Part shown: in pieces, positions 11,518 to 24,784 of the stretch
How positions within the stretch are numbered: position 1 is the first letter of the stretch
Layout of the letters: the number at the start of each line of letters is the position of its first letter
Assembly: GCA_030141605.1 (NCBI GenBank)
Contig: JAQGDQ010000022.1
Location: 1,116,001 to 1,180,000, forward strand
Reading direction: 5' to 3'
Length of the DNA: 64,000 bases
From: Tubiluchus corallicola
Taxonomy: Eukaryota; Animalia; Priapulida
Translations under genes and position numbers: made by a program
Notes under the pieces: generated by a model
Database searches by the model: none
What the model saw: only the letters and a program-made list of their open reading frames with translations
What the model was told of the DNA's origin: nothing

Positions 11518-14500
11518 ATGAGTAAATCTGATGCACAGAGTCTCATCAATGAAATTGTGACGAAAGCTTCGATCCGTCAGCATATTTGGGATTATTTGGA
11601 AAGTAAAAATTTGTCGGACTTTCCACGACCCGTTCACCACAGAATACCAAATTTCAAGGTAAACATTAAAATCTAACTTTGTATTTTATAAAAAGATTTT
11701 CTGGCACGAACCAATACAAATTCAAAAAAGTTCCAAAAAAAAAGGTATTGTCACTATGCTTTGAATGAAGAATAAAACCTATAATAAACTCCTGGTAAGC
11801 CATTGTGTTCTGTGTTTGCACATTCATTCCTAAATTTTACATAGTACACTAGGTGCCGCTTAATAGACTCAATCAATTACTTGACTCAAAAACGCCTGGT
11901 ACAGGCCGCTTCTATTCAAATGTATATAAAATCCGTTGGTAATTGACTCAAATATTAACTCAATATTTTTGCTTCACATGCTTCAATAAGACACTTTCAT
12001 GTGACTAATAAGCTTTTATGACTTTTATATCATCTTAGTTCACTTTTGTTCTATAATATACATGGAAACAATCATGATGAGTTCCGTTTTGTGTGTAAGC
12101 AGGAACGTTTGCCATATGCTAATATGTTAGCCTAATGGTTTGCTTTGACCCGCTCGTCCACTGCAATTAACCTCGTTACCCAAGAATTCCCGGAAGCTAA
12201 ACATTTAATCACTTGCCTAGTGGTTTGCTTTAGAAGCTCTGGCAGTCTTTCCTAGTTGGCCGTTGCTGTTATGCCAGGGATGCAGGTACAGTACAGTTAG
12301 TACATCACAATAGTAAGCGGGAGCTTACAGACGAAGCCACATGCGGGGAAATACGGTCACCACCAACAACAACAGTTTTAAATGTTTTTATCATTATGAG
12401 AACATTCTGACCCAACTTGTCACAAAAAATGAATCAGCCGACCTTAGACGTATTTCCATTATTTTTGCGAATAAACAGATTTGCGTGATTTAGAAAAGTG
12501 TACTTTTTAATTTATGCTAAATCACTTATATAAATTAATATTTTAAAATACTTTTTCTAATTTTTAACTGCTCAAAGGAATTTAGGCATTACTTTGTTTC
12601 TAAAATTCATTAAAAACCTTTGCAGTGCATAGTAAGCTGGGGACACATACTTCTATACCAGTAATACTACACCCATCTGTTAATAGGTTCAATCGGTTAA
12701 TTGGGTCAAAACACTTCAGTCCCAAAGTGAGTCTATTAAGTGGCGCCTACTGTATCATGTCCTCCGTAGCCTCTAGACATTTACCTTGGTCTCATGTTCA
12801 CATTTGACAAGTGCATAACACATTTGCACAGCTCACTTAGGTAAGTAGGCCTAATAGTAATGAAAAATTTAAAATGTTGATAAACTATTTTTCCTTTTAA
12901 CATGTGATTGTGAATTTATGATAAGCTAAATGATAATCTTTCTTTTTCTTTTCTCACAGTTGGTTTTTTCTTGATAAGTAAGAATTTTTACCATGCTTAT
13001 TTATCTGTAAATTCGTTCTCTATCATTTAACTAACAAACTGATATTGTTTTTGCTCAACTTATAAATAATGGTATGCTTACATGAGTGAGCGATTTTGTG
13101 AAGTTTATTTTGTTTGTGTCATGTTTACAGGGTGCCAAAAAAGCGTGTGACAAAGCATGGGAGAACATAGAGTCCCTTCGTCACAGCAGAGTAATCAAAG
13201 TTAATCCTGATAAGCCTCAGCAACAATGTCGGTATCTTGCTCTTGAGGTATGTGACTAATTGACATACCCACAAAAAATTCTTTATAGGTTTCTCATAAT
13301 CGAAGTTTGAGCATAATTAATGAGTGATTAGTAGAGAGAAATTGTTCGAGTGGTCGACAGGATTGATGCTGCTGGAAAGGCAAACCATTTTAGAAAAAGT
13401 GATAAAGAGCTCAACTTACTTATGACGGCTACTACAGCTATTAAATCGCCACAAAATAGGCTGACATGTACTATAAATTGATAATGTCACCAACAACACA
13501 ATATACAGATCAGCAGCTTGTGCTAAGCCCCACCTCCCTCGCTCTGTTTCACAAACGCTGGCTCGCTGTCAGTGTCATATTTTGATTTTATTCGCACATA
13601 TTACATATTATAACAGTGCAATTCATCAATATCTATTAGTAATAATTTACAAGAATATTTCCTCAGGTGCAAATTGTGCAACTGTGTAATGCATTTGCAT
13701 TTCAATGGATAACATTGGCATTATGTAATATCAGCAATTAGTGAAAGTGCTGTAACTGTGACGGAGGCTTACATTTACATTGTTATATCTATAACTGTTA
13801 TATCTCTCATGGTTATTTACATAATTACTGTGACGCTTGATGCACTACAACAATACCTCATCATACCTGCAAAAATAAGTACCATTTTTCTTCACTTTCA
13901 AATTATTTGCTGCCGATTTCCAGAACTCACACTTATGTGATTTGTTTTAATTTACAAATTTAAAACTTGCTACAACTCCTTAATGTTATGATAACGTCAA
14001 AGTTACTGTATCACTCTAAGAACTACCTAACATTGTTATATTAATTACCTGTACATTAGCTATGTAATGAAATGCAAAAGGTCATTCAAAATAAAAAACT
14101 ATTTGTTGAGAATGGTTTCTGTTTTTCAATCACCAAAGATTCATACTGTTGATTTGAAAATCACTTGTATCATTCATTATATGCAAACAAGTGCAAATAT
14201 ACGGACTCTGCAAATTGACCATTTCCTGAAATGTGTTATCTTAATTATGTTCATGTGTTTGCAAGATGGCATACATTGGTATTTTATTTTTCATTTTAGT
14301 CACATAAGACATTGCTTGTACCGACACCAAGATTGGGAAAAGGATTGTTCAACAGAATCCAGCCTCCACCTGGTGCAACAAAGCACCAGTTTCAGACGTG
14401 TTCATCTTCACAGGTTGGAATGTAAAGATATTTTTAATCGTTTATTTCTTCTTTGAGCTGAAAGTTAATGCTAAAGATTCATGACTAATTACTCATTACT

Positions 14501-16953
14501 CTTCAGCAATGTTTATGTAGTTTCAGCTCCTATACTTATTTTTTCACTGCAAATAATATAAAAATAGACTGACTAAATTGTTAAATGTCAGTAAGTTTAT
14601 TTGCAGCAAGAATTTCTCATAGAGCAAAATGAGGAAATACCAGAAACAATTGCAAATTGTCGCGATACCTAAAAGATTATCATTAAAGACCAAGCAAATA
14701 GCTGCAAATTTAGCAGTTCATTCATTATGACAAATTGTTAAACCAAGATCTTCAGTACTGTTATTAGTTTTATCTTTTTTGACAATGGAAGGATCAATTA
14801 CATTTAGTCATCACTTTTGTAGAAATAGTTCTACCGATTCTAGTGTAAGCACTTTTCTTTGTAGAGAATACAGTAACCATTGCAAATTACACAGCATGGA
14901 GCACCCGCATAGCTTGCTTGTATGTTAGAATTACTCTGGCTGACTGGTTTCCTACTTTGACTAGCAATTTTCTCAAGGCGTTTGTTAGTGATACCTCTAC
15001 GGAAATGCTAGTGAAAACATCAAAATTGCTAAAGCGAAAAAACTTGCAAAACTTGATGGCAGAAATCCCTGCAATCGTGGGAGATAAAGCACCTAGGAAC
15101 ATATTAATTGCAGTGAGAAGCAATGTCACTCTTTAAATCACCTATGAAAATGACATAAATACTACCAGGGATTCCTGCTTTGAAAAAGCTTTTGCAAGTT
15201 AGAATGCTTTTCGCTGCAAGAAACCGGCTAGAAAAAAATAGTTGAATGACGTAGAGAGTAATAGTCTGTTTTTCTGAGGTTTAAAAATATAGAGATTATT
15301 GTAACAAGGAAACCTCTATTCAAAATGGGTCTTTACATTGCCTGATTCACTTCTATTCATTTTAAATGCAAATATGTTATCTTAAAATCTAATTTTATTT
15401 CAATAGGGAGTAAAACAGTACAGTTCACCGATAGGGCTTGATGCTAAGGTTAAAGTAGATTCCATTGTGATTGGTTCTGTTGCTGTGTCAACTAAAGGTA
15501 AGCTGATATCTAATGTATTTTCCCTGGACTCGGGGGGGGGGTAATTGTGAGCTCGAAAACGGGGATTAATTTTGTTTCACATAGTATATACTTGCAAAGT
15601 GATAATTAAAGCATTCAAACAAACTGTTTTTGGCTTATTAACAGTAACCCGGCTCTCTACATTTTTGTATCTGATAACCATGAAACAAAAAGTAAGCAGT
15701 ATGTATTTCCGACATTGCACTCGCATTTGAATAACTTTAATTTAATTTAGTTTCATGTCAGAAGTCATAATTTCGTAGAGACTTAAAAGTTGGCTATTGA
15801 CCTGACTGAAAAAAATCATTTCTTACTTTATTTGTGATTCATCTACTTTCTATGCACCTAATGTATGCTTCCTGCATTCGTTATCATGCCACATTTTGTT
15901 CATATAATGAATTAAATTTAGTACAACGTCCATTTATGCATTTAATTATAGTTAAGTAGTTAAAGTGGTTGCTAGCTTGGTTAATATTGAGCCCAGCTAA
16001 TGAACTTGTGACAACAAAACAAGCTATCTCAGATTGTATGGTGAAGTAACAGTAAAGATGACATATTTCATGACTAAGGCAAGAAATAATACTGGTCAGG
16101 TTAGATTGTAAATAAACCGAACAACAAAATTTTTAGGTCGGTTTAGTTAAATGTTACAAAAAGTAATATTGTGAGGTGGTTACTCACTAGTACAAAAAGT
16201 ACTGTTTATTATATTATAGTACATAATGTTGCAATAACTGTGGCAAAACTAATACATTGAAAGCTTTCCTGACATTTTAAGGACAGGAAAATCTGCATTT
16301 TAAGGTGAACAGGCAAACATGTTCTGAATGTATAATTTATAGCCAAATAGAATTCTTAGTTCGGTGAAGTAGATCAATGTAGGTGCTACAAAAATATGTG
16401 CTGTAAATGTAAATGCAAATTCAAGTAAATACTATTAAAAAATGTGTAGATGCAGACCGAAAAAAATAGATGTTCTATTCCCTGTTTGACCTTGGTACAG
16501 GCTACAGACTAGGTAAAGGAGAAGGCTATGCAGATATTGAATGGGCAATGATGTCAAGTATGGGAGCTGTTGATGACAACACTGTTGTTATCACTACTGT
16601 TCATGACTGCCAGGTTAGTGTGCTTTAACTTGGTTAAACAAAATGTATCATTTGGAATGCAATTGTATCAATATTTGTTTACTAAAACTAATTTGAATTC
16701 CACCATTTTGCCTACATTTCAGGTACAAAATATTCCTGATGAATTGATGGCAGACCATGATTTGTGCGTGGATTACATCGTCACTCCCACACAAGTTATA
16801 AAATGCGATATATGCAAACGTCGGCCAACTGGAATATACTGGAATGAGGTGTCTTCAGACATGCTCAAGAAAATCCCGGTTTTAAAACTGTTACGGAACA
16901 AGGAAATGAAAATGGGAAAAGATGTTACCTTGTCAGACAAAGAGGACAGATAG
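11518..16953 (+). CDS. MTHFSD: Methenyltetrahydrofolate synthetase domain-containing protein
   Basis: Exons 11518-11658, 13131-13247, 14300-14413, 15407-15497, 16501-16613 and 16723-16953 splice in frame: [33 protein letters not shown]...KVNPDKPQ...LLVPTPRL...[24 protein letters not shown]...TTVHDCQV...[15 protein letters not shown]...GKDVTL. Confidence 0.95.
11847..12752. mobile_element. Non-autonomous Tc1/mariner (pogo/Tigger-like) element
   Basis: TIRs CACTAGGTGCCGCTTAATAGACTCA versus CAGTAGGCGCCACTTAATAGACTCA (reverse complement of the right end), with TA on both flanks. Confidence 0.8.
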
Positions 16954-17511
16954 AAGATGATGAAATCACACACGCTGTTTTGAAACAGAATTGATTAAAG
17001 TGTGTGTTTTAAGTAGACATGTTGCTATAATCACCAACAAGTGTTGTATAAATATATGTAGTAAGATTGTAAATAGTAAAAAATGGATCACCTCAGGGCA
17101 TGCCTGCAGCAGAACCTGCCCTGAGCTAGTAAAAAAATCCCAACATTCTCAAGGCATGCCTTGAAAAGAACATCTGCCTTGGGCTGATAACCTAAATCAG
17201 AAATCGATCTCAAGATATGCTGCAAATGAATAAAAGGGCCTTTACCCGGTAATAGGTATGGCAAATACCCAAAAATACGTTCTCCAGGCATGCTAATAAC
17301 ATGGCGCCAGCAGAAATTGTTCTCAAGGCATGCAGTGAGAAATACTGAATTACTGTTGTTAGAAGTGTGATGGTGGTGTGAGTGGTGTAAAACTGGGCCG
17401 TTTGGTTTTGTGTTTAATGTTTATAAGGTACGATTTATACTAGTCATTGGATAGCTTCGCTACCTACTGAGGAAATTTTTGTCACTTGTAATTTATTATT
17501 ACTTTGCGTTT

Positions 17512-17633
<122 letters not shown>

Positions 17634-17783
17634 AACTGCTGCTGTACTTTATGATAATTGCTGAACTATTTTTAATAGTCAGTTTATTTTTTGTGCCACA
17701 TCGCCATTTTTCATATGCTTAGCTTACATCTACAACACATTTTAGTAATAATTAGGTTTATTGTGTTATTTTCTAATAATATT

Positions 17784-18621
17784 TTAGTTTGTCTTTCTAT
17801 ATGTTCTATGATACATATTACGCATCATTTGGTATGTCCTCGAATGCTTGTCTTTAACATCCGATGGGCTCTTTGGTTTTACATTTGGGTAAAATATTTT
17901 CAGTTCCTTCCCAACAATAATTGGGGCAGAGTGAGCTACCACAGCGACCAAGCTGTGCATCTCATTAATTACCAGACTCACAGTGTAATCAATATTGAAA
18001 AGTGCATCCTACTGCAGACGACCAACCAGTACCACAGCAGTTTCACATGCCAGAACACTTTTAAAGATATAAAAATCCACATCATTGAAAACACTCACGG
18101 TGCACACCATAGAAAACAAAGGGAATTAACAGAGAATCCCTTTTGGGCTTAACAGAGAATCCACACTTCGTAGACTGAAATTCAAATATTAATGTATTTT
18201 TATCCATTTTTATATGAATTATTTTCTGCCTATTGCAACTCTTTTACTTCACAATGCTTAATTTGAAGCCTGTGTCTACTCATTCATTCACATGTTCTTA
18301 TAAATAGGCCTGCCATGATGTATTTCCCTCAGTCAACTCTTTTGGCCTGATGAGCATACCATGTATCAAAAGCTAAACATCTAAATTAAATTAATGTTGA
18401 AATATAACTGTGTGTTTTTCTCTAGTGTTTTTGTTACTATATTGTGGATTTGCATCTCATAGATCCACACACCAGAGGTGTTTCCTAATAAACATATATT
18501 ATTCCAGTCATCTCATTCAGCATAGCAGTCACACCTATCAGTGTGAGATTGTCTGGAGTGCTTGGAAGTCTTTTATTTGTCGTAAATCCTGAGTATCTTA
18601 TCCTAGATGATAAATCCCGAT
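17784..18621 (-). pseudogene. Decayed paralog (copy A) of the helical cytokine-like gene
   Basis: 18621-18535 is homologous to the 93-nt exon of copy B (AG/GT retained) but has stops and frameshifts. 18008-17784 encodes DYTVSLVINEMHSLVAVV...GKELKIFYPNVKPKSPSDVKDKHSRTYQMMRNM; it lacks the helix-B part and ends early. Confidence 0.8.
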
Positions 18622-19399
18622 CTGGAAAAGGTGCAGACAATTTGTTTTGTTTTTGCACATTTATTTATTTCCTACAGCTAGGCAAAGTGTGATGAGATTA
18701 CATTTCAAAACTTAAAAGTATGAATACAACTTTTATAAATTTAGTTAATTAAATTCAGAATGCTTAGAATAGTCCGAGTGCCTGTTATAACATTGCACAG
18801 GTATGATGCACATGTTTCCATCTAAGCATACAAATACACCATTCACATATAATTGCTTGGTTTTGTTCCATTATTATAGTATAATAATATTATAGAGGCA
18901 CTATCGTGAGTTAACAATGTTTGAGCATCTGCCTTGGCTATAAGTTACATTTTTTATATACAGCAAACGAGGCGACAGCCATTGTCATCTACAGTGTTGA
19001 AGTTTTATAGTTGTCTTTTGTCCTCACTATTCTTGCTTATTTAATAATTCATGTCATTTTGATTGATGGATTGTGAAATACTTCTTTGTGGTACTCTTTA
19101 GGCCTACTCTCACCTTTACTTTCGTAGGCTTTTTGTCATCACAATGTTAAGCTGATAATGATATGTTATAAATTTTTCCATTTATTACCTTCGATGATCT
19201 GGGCTAAACTATGTTAGTCCAATTGGTTTTTATTTTCTTGACCGTGTTAGTTCGTTCAATGTGATATCGTTCAATGTTCATATTAGGAATTTGTTCTTTT
19301 ACCTTTCATCAGTAATCCTCTATGTTTTGTTGATTTGCTAAATATTCTTTTTAGGCATTTAATTTTGTTAATTAATGTTCACTTACTATGCAACTGGAT

Positions 19400-20650
19400 T
19401 CGTGTGTCTTTTCATAGGTGACAGGTTACAAAATTTTTCCACAATTTTGTAGCAGAATATATTAGACAAATGTCTGTTTAAGGTGTCATTGCATTTTGCT
19501 GCATTATCGCGGGAATAGACTTAAAGGTTATATTTTAACAGATGTACTGCATGTACATGTACAGCCCCATATTTGCAACAAATATCCTAAAAAAATTCGC
19601 AATCCACACGAGTTGCTTTTGGCAAATTTTGTTAGTGATTGCTTGGACATTGACTCGCAAGATAACTGTTTCACACCAAGTACAATCCTCTTTTGTAAAA
19701 GAAGGCCTCGGTGTCGTTCCGTGTCATTTGAACGACATGCATTTCCGTTACAACTCATTTTATCGTTTTATTAAACGGCTAATGTGAGTGTAACGAATTA
19801 CGTGAATTGAAATGCCGATTTAGAAGGTTTGGTAACAATGTTTTCCTTCAGCTCATATTGTAGCATCATGATTATGTTATAGGCTAGTTTACACCATTCT
19901 TTTGTGATAATTTTCTCAGAATTTCTGTATACTGTAAAAACTGTTGATTGTTGATCTTGTTTTCGGCGAGAGAACTTGGCGTCATTGATGAGCAAGGTTA
20001 AGAATGGCGCCCAGACTGTTCCTTGAGTGAATTGGTGATAGGCTTTGTTTCTCGCTCGAATCTGTTTCATTCGCCATGCTAACTATCTCTGTTTAACCCG
20101 CACAGGGAGGATTTATACACATCCAGACGTGGCTGAGATATTGCTGCCAAATCAATGGCTCATTTGTTCTCAAGGCCCAGCCTTGATAATGAGTAAAGTC
20201 CCGGTCTTGCTACAACCATCCAAGTTGAATAGGACCTGCAGTTGAGTGCTGAATTCTGGTTTGCAGGGTTCTAGAAAAACATCGTTGCGTTGATTCTATG
20301 ATATCTTCTCTACCCATGGTCAACGCCAAGTCACTAATGCTGAGCTTAATAAATCCCAGAATGTATGGCCACATTGCAGTTAGTTTGGCTACGTACATTT
20401 TCTAATATTTTAAGCTTACATAATGTATTTTAGTTTCTGTCATTGTCATGTTTCTGTATTACAATCTACCAATTGATATTTTTAAGTCTGTTGTGAGCCG
20501 GATTTTGTCACATTTACTGCTTCTTTCGGTTATTTTCTACTGCTTTGCATCGTGTATTTTGTGGAGTTTGCCGCTGCACCACTTTTTGTTCAGGGACTGT
20601 AAGTTGATGCAGAGGCTAATTCATATTACAACTGAGACATCAATGTATTT
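19400..20650 (-). mobile_element. Highly degraded LINE reverse-transcriptase relic (boundaries approximate)
   Basis: The broken frame TQGTVWAPFLTLLIND resembles the RT motif PQGSVLGPLLFLIYIND. Many stops. Confidence 0.45.
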
Positions 20651-20889
20651 TTGTTTAGGTAGTGTTTCTGTGGTAAATTACATTGCTTTCCATTGAGTGA
20701 TAAAAAATTATCACAAAAATTGTACAAAAGTGCAAAGGAAAATTCCTGAATCAAGTGATTCAAATCTTTTATTTCATAAAACGATAAAAGAACAAATAAG
20801 ATTTACTTTAAAAATTGCAAATAACTTTGATGGTCATAATTTTATTTTATAAGACAAATAGAAGCTATGCAGGAAGCAAAAAAAACTTA

Positions 20890-21200
20890 TAATAATAAAA
20901 TTGGAAAAAATTCACAAAATGCCTTTGCAAAGTACAAAAATTACAGCTATAAATTTAGTAACGAATATGTGTAAATTAATGCTCTGAATTTAAATAAGCT
21001 ACTGTAGTAAGAAAATTGTAAAAGTGGCTTGTTGTTTGTAGATTAACTTGTAGTAATAAAAAAAGTTGGAAAACAATTCACAAAATGCCTTTTCAATGTA
21101 CAAGGAACTATAAACTCAATATGTAATAAATAAATTAATGCTCAGAATTTAATTGAGCTGTTGTAGTAAGAAAATTATAAAATTGGTATGACGTTTAGTG
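20890..21200. repeat. Diverged tandem duplication of a ~160-bp unit
   Basis: The blocks TTGGAAAA..ATTCACAAAATGCCTTT..GTACAA..TAAATTAATGCTC.GAATTTAA..TGTAGTAAGAAAATT.TAAAA occur twice in the same order. Confidence 0.8.
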
Positions 21201-21211
21201 TTTTTTGCTGT

Positions 21212-24200
21212 TTAGTTAGATGTGGGTATAGCGCCTGACTTTATCTTACGATAAATCTCCTTTACGAACTGCATATGTCCCATGATATTGCACATCATCT
21301 GGTATGCCCTAATGAGCTTCTCGTCACTTTCATCTGGACTTTTTGGCTTTACATTTGGGTCAAAGTGCGGCAGTTCTCTCCCAGTAACAATTTTTGCAGG
21401 TTTATATATGGCAGGGATCAAGTTATGCATCTCATCAGTTATCCTAGACAAGGAATAATTGTGGTCTGACGAACCTGCCTTATTTGCTTCAGCCAGAAAA
21501 GCATGAATATTTACTATATTATGGTAGATCAACTGGACCGCATTAAAAGCCTAAATAGAAAGTTGTTATTATTAGCTAAGCGATTTTAATTTAAATTATT
21601 ATAAAGCTTTGGTAATTTTGGTCTTGATAATATATTTTTTTAATTCAACCTATTAGTTAAATGATGTTGCAATTCCGAAGTTGAAAGCCTGATTGATGAA
21701 GTCTGTGATACAAACAGACTTTTAATTTTAATTTCAGTACAGACAAGTTAGCTGTGTCAGTAGTCTTTACAGGCAAAAGCACAAGTGGATATTAAATTCT
21801 GTTAAAAATAAATATATTTTATAGGAGTCATCAACAACGTAAAAGTTTCACCTGCCAGTTTGAGTTTATGTCTGGTGTGTTAGGAAATCCTTCATCTTTA
21901 ATTAGTCCAGGGCAGATATCGTGGTCTGGACGACAAAAACTGATCTGTAAAGTTGAAACATTGTTTTGTTGCTTGTTAGTGATGTGTATCTAATTAGTGT
22001 GGCTATTAAACCGATATTTATATAGACTGACCAAGGTGAACAACGCAACGCGAAAAGAACTGACCCGAAAAGAACTATTGTTTTGTTGCATAATTACGAG
22101 GTATGTTGAGATTTGTGGCTGTTAAGTTGAGGCTGATAAAATCAGAAAACCACATTTATAACAAATTTTTGAGCTGTTTTAGGTATCCTTGAAGTGTGTT
22201 GAGAGGTTACAATTATAAAGAATAGTCTCTTGCAAACAGTTTCAATGGTAAGAGACGGCAAAACTATTAAATGATTGTTATGTATGTAGGATTATCCATT
22301 TCTTTTGCGAGAGAAAATAGCAAAATGATTATTTTGAGCTCACTGTCGGACTTATAGGACCAAAATTATAAATTGAAGATTGTGCAAGATGATTTAATCT
22401 GCAGCATGAACAATAGTTACAATACCGAATGTTAACTGCAATGCAACTGTAATGTTAAGTAATGCGAATGCGTGTGTACTGTAATCTGCACAGTACTTAC
22501 ACCAGGAACCGAAAAACGTTTGCTAACCTCGATTTTTCTTACCGTAGGTCAACACTTTCCAGATCTGAATTAACCTTTAAGCAAAATAAGCACATGCTTA
22601 GGGCCTCAGGAGAATATATGTATAATATAATATGTATATATATATATATGATATTAAATGGACCAACATCGATTTCTGTCAACTGTTAAGCATTTGTCAC
22701 TCATATCAATTTCTTTAAGAAGCGAAAGTGTTTGCATTGTGGTTGGTAGGGTAAGTTTCGCTCATTATAATATTATACTGTCTTTTGCAATAAGCTCCTT
22801 TATATGTTTATTGAAATCCAGTCGGCATGTAGATATGCTAAATGGCTGTCCTTTTATAAGATTTAGAGTCCTTTTAATCTAATATCCCTTTTTATGCAAT
22901 GTAAAGCTGATGCCTCGCATTTACTGTAAATAAATCTGCAATTTTTTTCATTACGAAAAATAAAATATCATTTTACAGTTTAGTATTGTTTTTATCCTGA
23001 ATTACACATATATAGGAGTACCATCAGCTTTACAGTGCTTAGGGCCTCTTGAGGTCTTAATCCGGCGCTGACGCCTACCACGTGTCTTTCGTGTAAGTAG
23101 GTGCTAAGAAGTTATTTGACAGTAAAAACTAACCAATGTCCACTCACTCTGACTCAAGGTCAACAAAATTTGTACCATTTTATAAAAAACTACTATTGAA
23201 TGAAATCTGCAAATTATAAGACCCTAACTTTGGGTTTATTAGAGACTGTAGCAGAAAGTTGTAATGAACTAACAGCAAAAACGAACATGTCCATTCACCT
23301 CGACACTTTAGTCCAAGATCATGACGTACTAAACGGTTGCCCTTGAGATTATATTGCACGTGCTTGAAAGACAAGTTTCGCGACTCTAACTGCTGCACTT
23401 GGCATAAATTTATTTAAATTACATTTTTGACTTTCTGGAAAATACTTATCTGTAAGAGGAGTTGAATGACAAAACCATTTGCCCTAATTTTGTCATTTGC
23501 ACCTCAAGCTGGGCAATGCCCACTTTTTGCAACATTTTTTCCCAATTTACCTCCACCCTACCTCCATATTTGTAAAAAGAAGCCTTAAACCTAGCTCAAA
23601 GCCCTGGGAGGAGTTGAGTAATAATCATAAACCTGGCCGACGTCCACTGTCTTTGACCTTTCGATCCACACCGTGCATACCTTGCATTCAAGTATGTAAT
23701 TCTAGGAGTCTAGGTAGTGTACCTTCGTGCAGAGCAAACGGCTTCAAAACAAAATGATTCTGTAATGGCTTGCAGTATCTTTATGAAAAGAAATCCTAAG
23801 AGCATGTAAGCGGCTTAAAGGTTAACAAAAAAACTTCAAGCTCGAGATTGCAAGTTTACTTTAACTCATTCTCAGTTGACTGTTAATGCGATTTTTCAAT
23901 CTATCAGGTGGATTTGTGAAAAGTGATGCAGAAATTAGATACTTTCTCGCTCGATGCAGTTAACATACTCTTTCGATTTTGATATGCTAGCGTAAATAGG
24001 TCAGCTACTCATTCATTTGCAGAACTAAACATTTAGGTTTATTCTTATTTGTAGGTTCTCCTTATCAGTGATGCAATTCTGGCATTTTTAATTTTACATA
24101 AAGTGTGCAAAAAGAGATTTTATGGTCAAATGTTAGTGTTTTTTTCTTTTTGGACACACTTCAAAGCTTGTTGATTCTGACTTGATTTGTTGTTATTATT

Positions 24201-24567
24201 CAAACAGATTTAAATGCAGTTTTTAACAGTCTTACGGTTCTTAGCCATATTTATATTAAATATCACAAAATAATGCGGAATTGCACATCTGTCGTTACCT
24301 TTGGCAAAAGTGAGTCAGTGAGTTCTTGGGCATGCTTGTATGCATCAGTAGATCGCAAGATAGCTTTCTCACACCCATCGTCGGATGACTCATCATTGTT
24401 TACAGAATCTTCATTTCCTGAACGATTTGCCATTCTAGCACAACTCTTTTTATTAAAAAACTAATGTGAGCACATTAATGTAAAAATAAAATGTATTGAC
24501 GATTTTAGAAGGCTTGGAAACAATGTATTCTTACAGTTTGTATTGTAGCATCATCGTTCGACGCCAT
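21212..24567 (-). CDS. Uncharacterised ~190-210 aa protein, candidate long-chain four-helix (IL-6/G-CSF/LIF-like) cytokine (copy B, intact)
   Basis: Exons (24567-24535, tentative), 24460-24299, 21944-21852 and 21550-21212 are all GT-AG, phase 0 and stop-free: ...MANRSGNEDSVNNDESSDDGCEKAILRSTDAYKHAQELTDSLLPK|ISFCRPDHDICPGLIKDEGFPNTPDINSNWQ|AFNAVQLIYHNIVNIHAFLAEANKAGSSDHNYSLSRITDEMHNLIPAIYKPAKIVTGRELPHFDPNVKPKSPDESDEKLIRAYQMMCNIMGHMQFVKEIYRKIKSGAIPTSN*. Coding status is supported by protein-level similarity and shared splice sites in the paralogs. The family call is inference. Confidence 0.7.
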
Positions 24568-24784
24568 TACACTCGTACCTCCTACTTTTTTCTAAGCTGT
24601 CATTCCTTATTCGCACCCTAAAGCAATTTTAGGTAATATTTCAGGTCTTTACGCGATTTAATTCCAGATTGTTGTTATTCATTACTTACCGAAAACAAGA
24701 AGCTCCGCGTGAGCGTCTTGTGCATAAACGAACGCGGCAGGACATAGCGTGCCCTGAACCACGTATGTGTCTGTGTTTGTGGGT

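Noticed and set aside
17088-17340. Possible small MITE with repeated AGGCATGCC palindromes
   Set aside because: The terminal repeats and TSD could not be defined convincingly.
22501-22600. Possible extra exon of copy B (donors at ~22500 and ~22542)
   Set aside because: The phase-0 frame contains a stop, and the model is complete and in frame without it.
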